Assembly: GCA_054600435.1 (NCBI GenBank)
Contig: BAAIJX010000017.1
Span: 124,001 to 188,000 of the forward strand
Length of the DNA stretch: 64,000 nucleotides
Reading direction: 5' to 3'
Origin: Neophaeotheca triangularis
Taxonomy: Eukaryota
Of this stretch, positions 1 through 10,780 are shown in pieces. A program made the position numbers and the translations under genes. Position 1 is the first letter of the stretch; every line of letters begins with the position of its first letter. The notes beneath the pieces are model-generated. The model made no database searches, had not been told where the DNA came from, and saw only the letters and a list, made by a program, of their open reading frames with translations.

Positions 1-3000
1 TCTTCTTCAGAGCAGATGAACCGTGACCGCACAAACAACGAAGGGCGCATATGCCAGGCCAAAGCTACTCTGGCGAGTTCAGATGCTGCTGAAAACACAC
101 GTCGGTCTATGGGCGTCTCACATCAAGCCATTGTACAGGCAAGCTTTGCTATAGCACTGTCGCAGGTCTTCGAGAGCAGCAGAATGTTTGGTCTAGTGGT
201 ATCTGGTCGATCAATCGAGTTTGATGGTGCGGACCGGGTCATCGGACCACTGTTTAATACGCTGCCTTGTCCTATCAGCATGAGCAACGGCAGTACCTGG
301 GAAGGTCTTGTTCGCCAATACCAAGATTTCAACTCTGCGGCTCTGCCTTACCAACATACACCACTTAGGCAAATCAGGAAGTGGACAGCACGAGCTCCGG
401 ACGACCCCATGTTTGATTCGCTCTTGGTTTTCCAGCATCAGACTGAGCAATCAGATCAACTGGACAGCGCTCCTTGGCGAGAGGTGGAGAGCGAGCCGAG
501 TGCTGACTATCCTTTGGCGCTTGAAGTCGTTCTGAACACTGATGGGAGCTCGAGCGTTACAGCGGTTGCGCAGCAAGCCACTTTGGACCAGTCATCGTTG
601 GAGATGTTCTTGAGGCACTACGAAGAAGCCTACAGCCTGGCAACCCAGCACCCTTCCGACTCGATAGACAAATCATTCACGCTGCCTTCGTCCGGCGAAG
701 CTCCACCCTCAACAAACGGCAATACTTCGTACGATCATCTAAACGGCGTGGAGCATTTCCAGTGGACCGAAGACGCACGTGCTTTGCAAAAGACCATCGC
801 AGCCTTGGCAGGCGCGGATGCCAACGCTGTAGATGAACATTCCAGTCTCTTCTCACTTGGCTTAGACAGCATTGATGCCGTTAAGCTCGCCTCGCGCCTC
901 AAGAAAGTCGACATCAATCTGCCCGTCAGTGAGCTCCTTCGAGCGCAGACGATCCCGCGTATGCTTCGATCTACTCAAGGAGACTCACGCCATGTGAACA
1001 ATTCTCCAGGCGTTCAGAAACTTACGAGTCTCGAAGAACAACTCAGCAGCCATCTACGCGATTCGGGAACACTTGCTCGATTGGGTAGTGTCGAGCGGGT
1101 ACTGCCAACGACACCCATCCAGGAGTCACTGATAGCCAAGATGCTCGAGTCCGACTTTGAAGAGTATTACAACCACGACGTGCTTCTCTTGGAGCCTCAC
1201 ACTGATATTGAGCGATTGAAAGCCGCTTGGCAATCGGTGGTTGATCAATCGCCAATCTTACGGACCTCTTTCGTGGAAGTTGACAGTCCAGTCGTCCAGG
1301 CGGTCTTTGCGCAAATCGTTCACCAGCCGACCCAACTAAACTTCAAGCATGTACATCTCGACAGCACGGATGCTTTGCAAGACCACTTCACCGGCGTCGC
1401 CGAAGACGTCCGAAATACATACGAAGTGCAGTCCCCGCTTAGACTGAGCGTCGCTCACATCGAGAGCTCAACGTATCTGGTCCTTTCGATATCACACGCT
1501 CAATACGACGGTCACAGTCTGGCTTTGATTCACGAAGATGTTCAAAGAGCTTACCGTGGCTCATACTCGCCTCGCCCATCCTATGATGGTATCATCGAAG
1601 CGTCTCTCCAAGCCAATAATCAGGATGCCCTCGATTTCTGGCGTGACAGCTTGTCTGGGTGCTCACCTTCCAATTTCCCCAAGAACGACGTTTCAGCGAC
1701 CCAGACAATTCGAACCGATGTGACAAGCAAGACAAGTGCGTCTACGGCGCAAGCCTTCTGCCAGCAGCGCGGTATCTCACTCCAAGGCCTTGCCCAAATG
1801 AGCTGGGCTCTTACGCTCGCATACTACACAAAGAGCATGGAAGTGGTCTACGGTGTTGTCCTCGCCTGTCGTGACAGCGAAGAGTCCGAGCAAGTTGTCT
1901 TCCCGACAATGAATACCGTACCCATACGGGCGGCACTACATGGCTCTCGAGAGCAAATGGTCGGACACATGCAGAGTGCAATCAATGATATGCTGTCGTT
2001 TCAGCGAACACCGCTCAGAGTCATCCAGAATATTCCCGAAATTGCGCGGCAGGCTTCCAATGGTCTGTTCGACAGCCTCTTCATCTACCAGCATCGGCCA
2101 GACAGCACTAGTAACGACAGCGATCCATCGCTTTACTCGTCCACCCAGGGCGCTTCTGACACCGAGTACGCTGTCGCTGTGGAGCTCGAAGCCACTGCAG
2201 GCAGTATAGTTCTGCGGGCAGCTTGCAAAGACAATGTGCTGGACCATGCTGGCGCCCGAGGCTTGCTTCAGACGTACGACACTGTTCTGTCCAATATCCT
2301 CCAATACCCCACCGGGCCGACTGTCGCCTTTGCTGGCGAAGGAGCTAGCGTCTGTGGCCTGGATCGTATCAACATGACCTCTCGTGCCCCTGATCCGCTT
2401 GACGATGGCAGATATGACGATGCAACCAGTCGTTCGTCTGCCGTGACTTCGCCAGTGTCACAAGAGCTTCGTCAAGCCCTTGCTGAAGTCTCCAAAACAG
2501 ACATCGAGGACATTACCGGTAGCTCAACGATCCAAAGCATCGGCATCGACTCGATTTCAGCCATCAAGGTCGCTTCAATCTTGCGTAAGCAGTCAATACC
2601 GATCAGTGTCCGGGACATCTTACGTGCGGAAGATATCGGCAGTATTGCTGGTCTTGTAGCTTCGAATGGCGCGAGCAAACCGAATGCGGAAGGCAAGTCA
2701 AGCCAGCAAGTAATCGTTGATCTCACCAAAAGCCATGGCGTGACCAACGTACCAGGGGCTAGGGGTTTCAAGCGTGAAGACATTGAAAAGATCTTACCGG
2801 CTACAGCTGGGCAGGTCTACATGCTGAACACCTGGCAGACGTCCGAAGGACAGCTCTTCTATCCAACATTTTCCTATGAAGTGAAGGGGACGCCAGACCT
2901 CGAAGACCTGCGCCGAAGCTGGGATCGCTTGGTCGCAAAGCACGAGGTGCTGAGAACGACTTTCCGTTCATCCTCTAACTCAGCCTTGCCGTATTTCCAA

Positions 3001-4134
3001 ATCATCCTCCAGAATTCACCGGATTCATTCGCCGAGGGAACACCATCTGCTGCGAACGGGATATCATCACAACAGCCCATGGCCTGCCTCTACGTAGAGC
3101 GGAAACACAATGCTGACTGGTCGCTTCACTTAAAGATCCATCATGCCCTCTACGATGCCGTCTCGCTACCAATTCTCATGGAGGACCTCGAGGCACTGAT
3201 CGCAGGGCAGACTCCCGAAGTCAATGATATAACACAAGTCGATTACCTTGCCCTCTCTTCGACATCACAAGCCAAGCAATCTCAACGGCTCTTCTGGACG
3301 AACTACCTGCAATCCGCCGACCCTCTGCGACTCTCTCAACCAGTGCACTCAGGCGCCCAGACCAGAGCTGAGCTCTTCCAACCAAGCCTAATACCATCAA
3401 CTCAAGCTCTCGAACAACGAGCCCGCCAGCACGGCCTGAGCTCACAAACCCTACTCTTCGCGAGTTTTGCACGCATTTACGCCCACCTTGCCAACGAAAA
3501 TCAAGCCGAAGCCTCGCAACCCATCAAAAAAGACGTGGTTATCGGCCTGTACCTCTCCAACCGCTCGCACCTAGCCTCGCTACCATCTCTAGCGACACCA
3601 ACGCTTAATCTCGTTCCGCTTCTCGTTCGCGCGCCGCTGCAGACCTCGATCATAGACTCCGCGCGACAGATACAGCAGGACCTGCGGGAGATCAGCACAG
3701 CAGAGAACTCTGCGGTCGGGCTGTGGGAGATTTCCGAGTGGACTCATGGCAGGGTTGAAGTCGACGCTTTTGTGAACTTCATCAAATTGCCTGATACTGC
3801 TACCGATGAGTCTAGCGGTGGCAGTGGCAAGGGCGCTGTAAGCCTCACTCCCGCGACGGAGAGGAGGGAGGGCTTCAGTCGTCTCAACGCTCCAGAGGCC
3901 AACAGGAAAGCGTTCCAGTCCCCGCCCGAGCTTCGTACTCAGGGTACTGAGCCTGAAATTGAGAAAGTGAGAGCAGCTTACAAACACTCGTTGGATTTGG
4001 AGGCAACGGTTACGTCGGAGGGTGCTTTAGATGTTGGTATCTTTGCGCCGGAGACGATGGTTGGGGGTCTGGCAGGTGCGGGCCGAGTGGTTGAGGAATT
4101 GAAGAGCGATCTCGAGGGATGGGTGAAGAAGTAA
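1..4134 (+). CDS. sidC: Ferrichrome/ferricrocin-type siderophore NRPS (SidC/NPS2-like), C-terminal part (C)-T-C-T-C; 5' truncated by the window
   Basis: The frame is open to base 1. It has two thiolation motifs (LGLDSIDAVKL, IGIDSISAIKV) and condensation motifs (SHAQYDG, HHALYD), with no A or TE domain at the end. Terminal T-C repeats are typical of ferrichrome synthetases. Confidence 0.85.
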   Translation, partial: SSSEQMNRDRTNNEGRICQAKATLASSDAAENTRRSMGVSHQAIVQASFAIALSQVFESSRMFGLVVSGRSIEFDGADRVIGPLFNTLPCPISMSNGSTWEGLVRQYQDFNSAALPYQHTPLRQIRKWTARAPDDPMFDSLLVFQHQTEQSDQLDSAPWREVESEPSADYPLALEVVLNTDGSSSVTAVAQQATLDQSSLEMFLRHYEEAYSLATQHPSDSIDKSFTLPSSGEAPPSTNGNTSYDHLNGVEHFQWTEDARALQKTIAALAGADANAVDEHSSLFSLGLDSIDAVKLASRLKKVDINLPVSELLRAQTIPRMLRSTQGDSRHVNNSPGVQKLTSLEEQLSSHLRDSGTLARLGSVERVLPTTPIQESLIAKMLESDFEEYYNHDVLLLEPHTDIERLKAAWQSVVDQSPILRTSFVEVDSPVVQAVFAQIVHQPTQLNFKHVHLDSTDALQDHFTGVAEDVRNTYEVQSPLRLSVAHIESSTYLVLSISHAQYDGHSLALIHEDVQRAYRGSYSPRPSYDGIIEASLQANNQDALDFWRDSLSGCSPSNFPKNDVSATQTIRTDVTSKTSASTAQAFCQQRGISLQGLAQMSWALTLAYYTKSMEVVYGVVLACRDSEESEQVVFPTMNTVPIRAALHGSREQMVGHMQSAINDMLSFQRTPLRVIQNIPEIARQASNGLFDSLFIYQHRPDSTSNDSDPSLYSSTQGASDTEYAVAVELEATAGSIVLRAACKDNVLDHAGARGLLQTYDTVLSNILQYPTGPTVAFAGEGASVCGLDRINMTSRAPDPLDDGRYDDATSRSSAVTSPVSQELRQALAEVSKTDIEDITGSSTIQSIGIDSISAIKVASILRKQSIPISVRDILRAEDIGSIAGLVASNGASKPNAEGKSSQQVIVDLTKSHGVTNVPGARGFKREDIEKILPATAGQVYMLNTWQTSEGQLFYPTFSYEVKGTPDLEDLRRSWDRLVAKHEVLRTTFRSSSNSALPYFQIILQNSPDSFAEGTPSAANGISSQQPMACLYVERKHNADWSLHLKIHHALYDAVSLPILMEDLEALIAGQTPEVNDITQVDYLALSSTSQAKQSQRLFWTNYLQSADPLRLSQPVHSGAQTRAELFQPSLIPSTQALEQRARQHGLSSQTLLFASFARIYAHLANENQAEASQPIKKDVVIGLYLSNRSHLASLPSLATPTLNLVPLLVRAPLQTSIIDSARQIQQDLREISTAENSAVGLWEISEWTHGRVEVDAFVNFIKLPDTATDESSGGSGKGAVSLTPATERREGFSRLNAPEANRKAFQSPPELRTQGTEPEIEKVRAAYKHSLDLEATVTSEGALDVGIFAPETMVGGLAGAGRVVEELKSDLEGWVKK

Positions 4135-4975
4135 GAATCAGCCAAAGAGATGAAAGCACTACAGTAGAATGAAGCGGCCTCGGGTGAAGAATTGGGAAGA
4201 GTAATCGCTTGAGGTCCAAATGAGAGATAGGGGAGTGAGAAAATTCACAAGCCTATGTAGTCATGTAATAAGTCGATCAGCTTTTTGTCTTCTACACTCG
4301 TAGGCTGTGGTTTTTCCAGACTTGAACAGGGGATTCGGAGTCTCAGGCGCCACTCGCCATGACCCTATATGACTCCTCTCACAACCCTTTGGCATCATTC
4401 AAACCACCTTGCGGAGGGCGTTTCCCCTCTCAACACCCGGTCTCCCGTTTTGAGCACCGATGATCTAACGCGTCATGGTACCAAACACCTACAACCTTCA
4501 ATTCTCGAGGTGCTCTTCTTTCTATGACAATACACTCGGCCTACACTTACAATAGTACCTGTAACGAGTGAGCTGGGGCAGAGCGCTAGTAGTGAAGATA
4601 TGGTGAGTCGAGACATACCGCTTCTTGAAGAAACGGATGAAGACACCGGTGAAGACACTTATGAAGACACTAACGAAGAAATGGTTGGAATGGCTCATAG
4701 AAAGAATGAAGAGCGGTAGAATAAGAAGTGAAGCCTGTACAGTTTAAAGGTCAAAGTCAGAGTCGAAAGCTCGGACCATGCGTCAAATTGAACTTCACCT
4801 CGGACATACATTGGAGAAACGCAATACAAGTCTGTACATCTACAAGGTATAGAATCTGTATGCTAAGGAAAAGCATCCCACTCTACCGAAAGCGCTCTCG
4901 CTGTGCTCAAATGGATTGTAAAATTCGGACTCAGAAAGAAAACCCCTCTATGGCCAGGCCCGTAGAAGCCAACTT

Positions 4976-6490
4976 CTAGGCCTTGACAACGAGCTCGGAA
5001 GGATCCTTAGGCAAAACCTCCTCGTCCGCAGCTCCCTCAACATCCTGCAACCCCTCGGACGAGCCGCTTTCTTCCACGGCGCCATGCTCAACCACCTCTT
5101 CGAGATCGAAGTAATTAGCTTCATTAACCATCGTCCGAAGCGCCGGGAGCTGAACTGGCCCAGCCGTAGCATCCCTCAGCAGCGGCATCACCTCCTCGGC
5201 CGTAGCCTGAGTCTCCGCAAGCTTCTGCAGGTTCTGCGAGCCCCAATGCGTGAAGTGCATCGTGCACAGTGCGTAGAGATTGATAATGCCGTGAAGATAG
5301 CTGAAAGCGATCGACACAGGGATGAACCTCAGATCCGTCGGGTGGCGCCAGAAATGCGGGAAAAGCTTGATGAGTTTCGTGAAGAAAATCCAGACCGCGA
5401 GGGCTGTCATCCAGGCCCATGCCGGAGTCCTCGCAACACTAGCGAGAGAGTTGGAGCCCACGGCTCCCCAGAGGAACAGAAACAACAAGCCGTCAAACAG
5501 CGCAGCTGGTGTCTGGAACTGGCCAATGTAAATGTAGTACAGCCCGAACCAATGTACCGTAGACCGCCAGTACGTTTCATTCTGCATGACAGTGAAATTT
5601 CCCCGCCAATGCGAACGAGCCCAACGAAGACACTGGTGGAGATACTTCCTATCACCCTCCAAAGTCGTCTCAATAACCGACTCGGGAGCAGCCTGGATGC
5701 AGATCTTCCAGCCCCGGCCATAAACCCATCTTGTCAGGCCCTTGTCGTCGTCAGTATTGAGAGGCCGCCCGCGCCAGGAATCGTTGACGAAGTAGTTGAA
5801 AAACTCCTCGCACTTGAGAATCTCCGTGCGGTATGCCGAAGTGCGACCCGAGAGCGTGGAGATGGAGCCATCGATGGCGTTCGTGGCGATGTTGTTGAAA
5901 ACGCGGCGTTCGAGGTAGGAGATCCCCAGGAAGTTCCAGAAACTCGGGTGCGCGTCTCTGCGAGTGCGTTGACGAGTTCCGCCCGCTCCGACTTTGTCGT
6001 CCTCGAATATCGCGAGGAGGTAGTCGAGGTATCGCTCGGGCCAGAAGACGTCGTCGTCGGCGAAGACGATCATGCGGGTTTCGACGATCTTGAGCGCTTT
6101 CACCATTTGACGGCGCTTGTTCAACTTCTCGACGCCCATGACTTGGACGTCGAAGGAGTTTGCAGCGCAACATATCTTGACGACTTCAACGTTGTTGAGA
6201 GCGGTGACGATGAGTACCGCAGCCGGTCCACAAGCAGTGATGCATCGCAGACATTGGACGAGCTCGGCCGGGTCCTTGAAGGTAGTGGGTACGATGACCG
6301 TGACATCGGCGGGGCGGAACTTGGGGTTCGCCTGGATCGGTCTCGGCCCGTAGGTGAGGTTACTGTATATACCGACGAAGAGGCGGGTATATCTGAAAAG
6401 GAATAAGAGGACGAAAAGCACCAAGGCTATGGTCGATCGGCTGTGTTCAAGCAATCGGTCAGGCGTCTCGAGGGTCTCGGGTGGCGACAT
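4976..6490 (-). CDS. Processive glycosyltransferase family 2 (Cps1/hyaluronan-synthase-like polysaccharide synthase)
   Basis: N-terminal TM helix, FADDD (DxD), LSGRT, TDDDK and QCLRW (QxxRW) motifs, and C-terminal TM helices ending in HWGS. Start placed at ATG 6490; the frame is also open to ATG 6757. Confidence 0.85.
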   Translation of the reverse strand: MSPPETLETPDRLLEHSRSTIALVLFVLLFLFRYTRLFVGIYSNLTYGPRPIQANPKFRPADVTVIVPTTFKDPAELVQCLRCITACGPAAVLIVTALNNVEVVKICCAANSFDVQVMGVEKLNKRRQMVKALKIVETRMIVFADDDVFWPERYLDYLLAIFEDDKVGAGGTRQRTRRDAHPSFWNFLGISYLERRVFNNIATNAIDGSISTLSGRTSAYRTEILKCEEFFNYFVNDSWRGRPLNTDDDKGLTRWVYGRGWKICIQAAPESVIETTLEGDRKYLHQCLRWARSHWRGNFTVMQNETYWRSTVHWFGLYYIYIGQFQTPAALFDGLLFLFLWGAVGSNSLASVARTPAWAWMTALAVWIFFTKLIKLFPHFWRHPTDLRFIPVSIAFSYLHGIINLYALCTMHFTHWGSQNLQKLAETQATAEEVMPLLRDATAGPVQLPALRTMVNEANYFDLEEVVEHGAVEESGSSEGLQDVEGAADEEVLPKDPSELVVKA

Positions 6491-7835
6491 TATATCGATG
6501 TCGATCGAAGGTTGATGAGTGATAGTAGGTAAGTCCAGTGATACCGGAAGACTCGGTGGTAAGTGGTGTCGAGAAGGTAACGAATAGATGTTCCAAAGTC
6601 TAAGAACAGAAGGCAAGTCGAAGGAAGAATGGTTATAGAAGTTCAAAGCAGTGAGAGATTGTTCGTCGCCCGGCGGAAGAAATACCTTCCCATTCTGCAC
6701 CGCCGTCACTTCTAACACTCGTGGACTGAGAGGTACGAGCCATGACTGCTCTGCCATCTTTCAACAGCGCGTGAGCGGTTTGGAGCGGTATTAAGAGGAG
6801 TCTCGTGGGGAACGCAATTGCAGCAAGTTTGCGTAGGTGAGGTTTGCTTCCTGTAACTTTTGGCCTTTGATAGACTGTTTTCCCTTGAAGAGGCCAACAG
6901 TTCCGGCTCCACTCTTTGGTGGAGGACAAAGATGTTCTAACATGCTGTTCTCAGCGTTAGGCAGCTCATTGTTCGTCGTCCTTGGGACCAAATTCTTTGT
7001 TACTGGATAGGAGGTATGGAGGCATGGAGATATGAGGGTCTTGATACAAATGCGATGACAAGAAATGTCGACGTTTCAGAACATGAGGGGAGCATGTCTA
7101 GAGACGGGCAGCTTTGGCGGAGGACAAAGGAAGTTTTGCATGCTGTTCTCGGTCTGCCAGCAGATTGTCCGTCATCTTTGGGTCCATTACTCTTTTTCAC
7201 GGCATCGGCGGTATGGAGAGGTCTTAGTATGAACGTGACAATAAGAATGTCCGGTGTTGCAGACTACAATGGCAGCATTCTTGAAGCTGGGAAGCTTCTA
7301 GCGATATGTCGTCCAAACACGCCGACTTTTCCAGAGCAATCGATCGACTGGCAATTAGCTTCAACGGACAAAGACAAGCTTGCTCGCAAAAACGACAACA
7401 TCTGGCCTCCTACCGACTAGTTAGCGACGTTGCCAACAAGACGATTCCTCTCGCGAGGGAGCCTTCATCGGGGACCAAGGACGAGCAACACAGAAAGCCA
7501 AAATCGGAGAAAAGAGAAGAAGAGGAAAGAAGAATGAAAAAGAAAAAGTAAAATAGGCAAGTCGATTTCATCAACATGTACAACTATAGCTGCTCTATCT
7601 ATGCCACAAACCCCTCCATCTCCCAAGAACCTCATGAAGCATAGGAAGCAGCTCATGAGCTGCGCTAGCTGAGCAACCCCTTCTTGTTCATGCAAACCGA
7701 TCCCATGCATGCCTCCCCAGCCGCTAAAACTCCACGCTACGAAACGCATCAAAAGATCAGTCCAAGAAGCCCAATCTATTCCCAAACCCCTTGGACTGTC
7801 AACCCCACCCTCCAAACTCCCCCGAATCTCAAGCC

Positions 7836-8663
7836 TCACGCCCCCGTCTCATTCCAACTAACGACCTTCCACTCCTTACTCCCCTTCTCCCCGGCCGTTC
7901 CAGTCGCCTCAGCGCCCCTAACCCCCACGCCACCCGTGCCCTCCGCAACCGCTTTCCGCTCACCCCATCCAGCATTTCCACCCGCCGGCTCCGGAGCCTC
8001 CTGCTCCCAATGGCTCGCCGGCCACGTGTAAGCGTAGGTCGGGTCCGCGGGTATGGCGTAGGTGGTGTGCCACATGCCGTTGTCGTAGTAGCTCGTGCTG
8101 CGGTCAGAGGTGGAAGGAGTGGCGGTGGTAGTGGCGGTGGCGGTGGTGGGTTGGAGCTCAGTGGAGATTTGGAGGGATGTTTGGATTGAAACCTCGGTTT
8201 CGACGCGGGTGGTGGTGGTCGTGGTGGTGTGGGTTACCGGGATGTTGTTTTCGGTGGTTGTAAAGGTGAGGGTTTGGAGGAGGGTCTCTGGTTCCGCTGG
8301 TGAGAGGGTGGTGGTTGCGGCTATCGGGGTAGAGGGCTCTTCCGATGAGCTGCTGGGTTCGGATGCTGGAATAGGAACCACGGTCACGGAGACGGTGGTT
8401 TCCTCTTGTGGTTGCGCGTCGGGTTCTTCCGAAGACGAGGGTGTGGCGGCTGAGGTGGTTATGGTTCGGAAGATTGAGACTGTTGATAGCTCCGTTTGAC
8501 CTTGAGCCGTTATGGTCGTTGCTGGCTCCGGTGCCGTCGTGGGTGCAGCATTGCTACCGTCGACGTCGACGACGCTGTAGCTTGGTGCTGCAGGAAGCGC
8601 GTGTGTGGCGATGGCGAGGTAGGTTGGAATGAGTAAGAGGGAGGGTTTGGAGTGGAAACGCAT
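7836..8663 (-). CDS. Secreted Ser/Thr/Pro/Glu-rich protein of unknown function
   Basis: Signal-peptide-like start (MRFHSKPSLLLIPTYLAIATHA) and a Thr-rich low-complexity body flanked by YSVVDVDG and YYDNGMWHTTY motifs. Confidence 0.75.
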   Translation of the reverse strand: MRFHSKPSLLLIPTYLAIATHALPAAPSYSVVDVDGSNAAPTTAPEPATTITAQGQTELSTVSIFRTITTSAATPSSSEEPDAQPQEETTVSVTVVPIPASEPSSSSEEPSTPIAATTTLSPAEPETLLQTLTFTTTENNIPVTHTTTTTTTRVETEVSIQTSLQISTELQPTTATATTTATPSTSDRSTSYYDNGMWHTTYAIPADPTYAYTWPASHWEQEAPEPAGGNAGWGERKAVAEGTGGVGVRGAEATGTAGEKGSKEWKVVSWNETGA

Positions 8664-9533
8664 GTTGAGAGCTTCCAGGGAGTGGGAACAGTCTGTTTGC
8701 GTCTGAGTCTTCCAATGTGTCTCCGAGTGTGTCGCGGCAACGGATGGATTAAATTACTGCCGTGCAGCCCCGAAGATGATGGATAGCAATGATCGTTGGT
8801 TGCAGTGATGCGATGTCAAAGTTTGTTCGATGTAGCGATAGTTTGCAGTATGCCGCAATAGTCTTGCAGAATGGATCAGTTAGTGAATGTATGTATGTGC
8901 ACGGAAGAAGAAGGGGGAATACGAGCGAGCGTAGGTATATACCGTGCAAACCGTCGACGTCGGCGTTGTGAATGGCTGGCGGGAAAGTTTGGGGTGGCTG
9001 ACCGGTGGCTGGGCGGCCACGGCACAAGCCACCAGCCACGCGCCAAGCATACCGTTCGTTGCTATGGCTGGACTGTACGCGAACGTCGATGCCGAGTGTC
9101 GCGGTAACATCTGAGACGTTCAATTAGAGTGCGTAATGTAGCCCAAAATGACGGGGATTGCGCCATCTTGTGCCGACGTTGTCTCGCTATCTTGCTTCGC
9201 CGATTTCAAGGTTTGCCAGCGGCCAGTCATATAATCCTTGCATCTGCAAATACTAATCGCATCCAAGCGCTGTCCTTACAGGCTTGATCGGTTGCAACGT
9301 CCTCGGCGCGAAGACGGCTCTCCGGCGTGCTACCTCGAAAAGTAACATAACGCCTCGCGCTGGCTTTTGATAGATCTAGTCGTCCGTTTGTGTACAGTAT
9401 TGGTACAAGGTCCAGCCCACATCGCCGTCACCCTCAAGAACAGGAGCGTGTCAATCCATCCCTAACGCCATCGCTCTTGCTGCCCGCATGAACGAGCATT
9501 CTCCCACACCTCACTCAGAAACATCGGCCCCTT

Positions 9534-10255
9534 CTACCTCGTCCAGCCCTCATTGAACCCATTCTTCGGCGGCGTCTCCGTCTGCAATCTCGCATATTCC
9601 ACCGGCACGCCATCCCAGATGCCCGCCTTGCGCATAGCAAGCCTGTACAGTCTGCCCATCTCCTTGCCTTGTTCAACAGGCTCGCCTAACCTCTCTCGTT
9701 CCTCGGCCGTCATTCCGTCCTGATCGATGAGTCGCAGGGCTTCACAGGCTTCACGCATCGAGTTGTATTGCCGTTCAAGTTCGAGTTCGCGGGATTGACG
9801 AAGTTTGTTTTGGTGGAGTTGCCAAGCACGATGAATGGTCCAGTGACGAAGGGCGCGGTGGCTAAGAGATGAGAAGGTCAGCATGAGTGACAAAAGGACT
9901 CGAGCGGTTTTGAAGGGTTCGGCCAATGACATTATAGAGGTGGGTTTGACTTACCGCGAGAAGCGCAGAGGCCGTGGGGTGAGGGGGTGAAACAGATGGT
10001 ACCGGATCATTGCTATAAGGTAGTATCAGCATCGTCGCTCAGCGCAGCCAGATGAAAGCGTCTCGTCGTACTGATTCTCGTGTCCACCTTCTTTCCGCCC
10101 TTACTCTTACGCGCCTGGACTTGCTGTGTTGAAGAGAAGTCTGCCCTTTGCTGCATTTGCTGTTGCGCAAGGCAGCCTCTCGCCGCTCTCGGTAATATCT
10201 GCGACTGCCATGGCGGCGAAAAGGTCCGCAAAAGTGCAGTCGAAGGGGCCTTCAT
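9534..10255 (-). CDS. MRPL28: Mitochondrial large ribosomal subunit protein mL40 (YmL28-like), 3 exons
   Basis: GT-AG introns 10071-10013 and 9954-9862 join to give ...DTRITMIRYHLFHPLTPRPLRFSRHRALRHWTIHRAWQL...YARLQTETPP. Basic N-terminal presequence. Confidence 0.8.
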
Positions 10256-10780
10256 TTTCCGGGATGGGTATAAATGTGGTAGTCGGTAATCTATGGAGCC
10301 CTGCCGTCGTCGTTGTCGTCCATGGAGCGGCGAGCTCTCGGGAAAGCCAAGAATTGTCCTCGGCAGTTGCCGGTCCCGCGCGCTAAGAAACGTGAATGTG
10401 GATGGGCTATGCTATCTATGGAGGGGTCCAGCTTCTCAGCTGAGCAATCTCGCAATATTCCCACCTCAACTTCTTTAATCCCCCCGTCCTCACCTCAAAC
10501 CTCACCTATTCCACTACTCCTCCAAACCTCACCTTCGCGCCCTCAGCAATTGTTGAATCACCATCCTCTTAGCACTCTCTATTCCATATCATCCACACAA
10601 CACCACTTGCCCGACCCTATACCATTGCGCAACACGCGCAAGCTATGAGATAGCACCGCGACACCCTGCAACCACTCAAAACCTACCTAACCACCCACAT
10701 ACCTGGCCTCAACGAGCCTCATAACTCCTACGACCACCGCCCCTTCCTCGACTCTCCTACCGCTGCCTACCTCCTCCACC

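Noticed and set aside
4638..4680. Imperfect 12-bp tandem repeat (TGAAGACAC...) x3
   Set aside because: Short, with no spacers and no supported ORF; not CRISPR-like.
5084..6406. 440-aa ORF antisense to the GT2 gene
   Set aside because: It lies wholly within a real gene on the opposite strand and has no motifs; long shadow ORFs are expected with GC-rich codon usage.
7016..7551. 134-aa and 81-aa overlapping ORFs between GT2 and the secreted protein
   Set aside because: No motif or clear splice structure; cannot be told apart from intergenic noise.
10645..10653. Minimal uORF ATG-AGA-TAG upstream of PCM1
   Set aside because: Weak context and unknown TSS; such minimal uORFs are common by chance.
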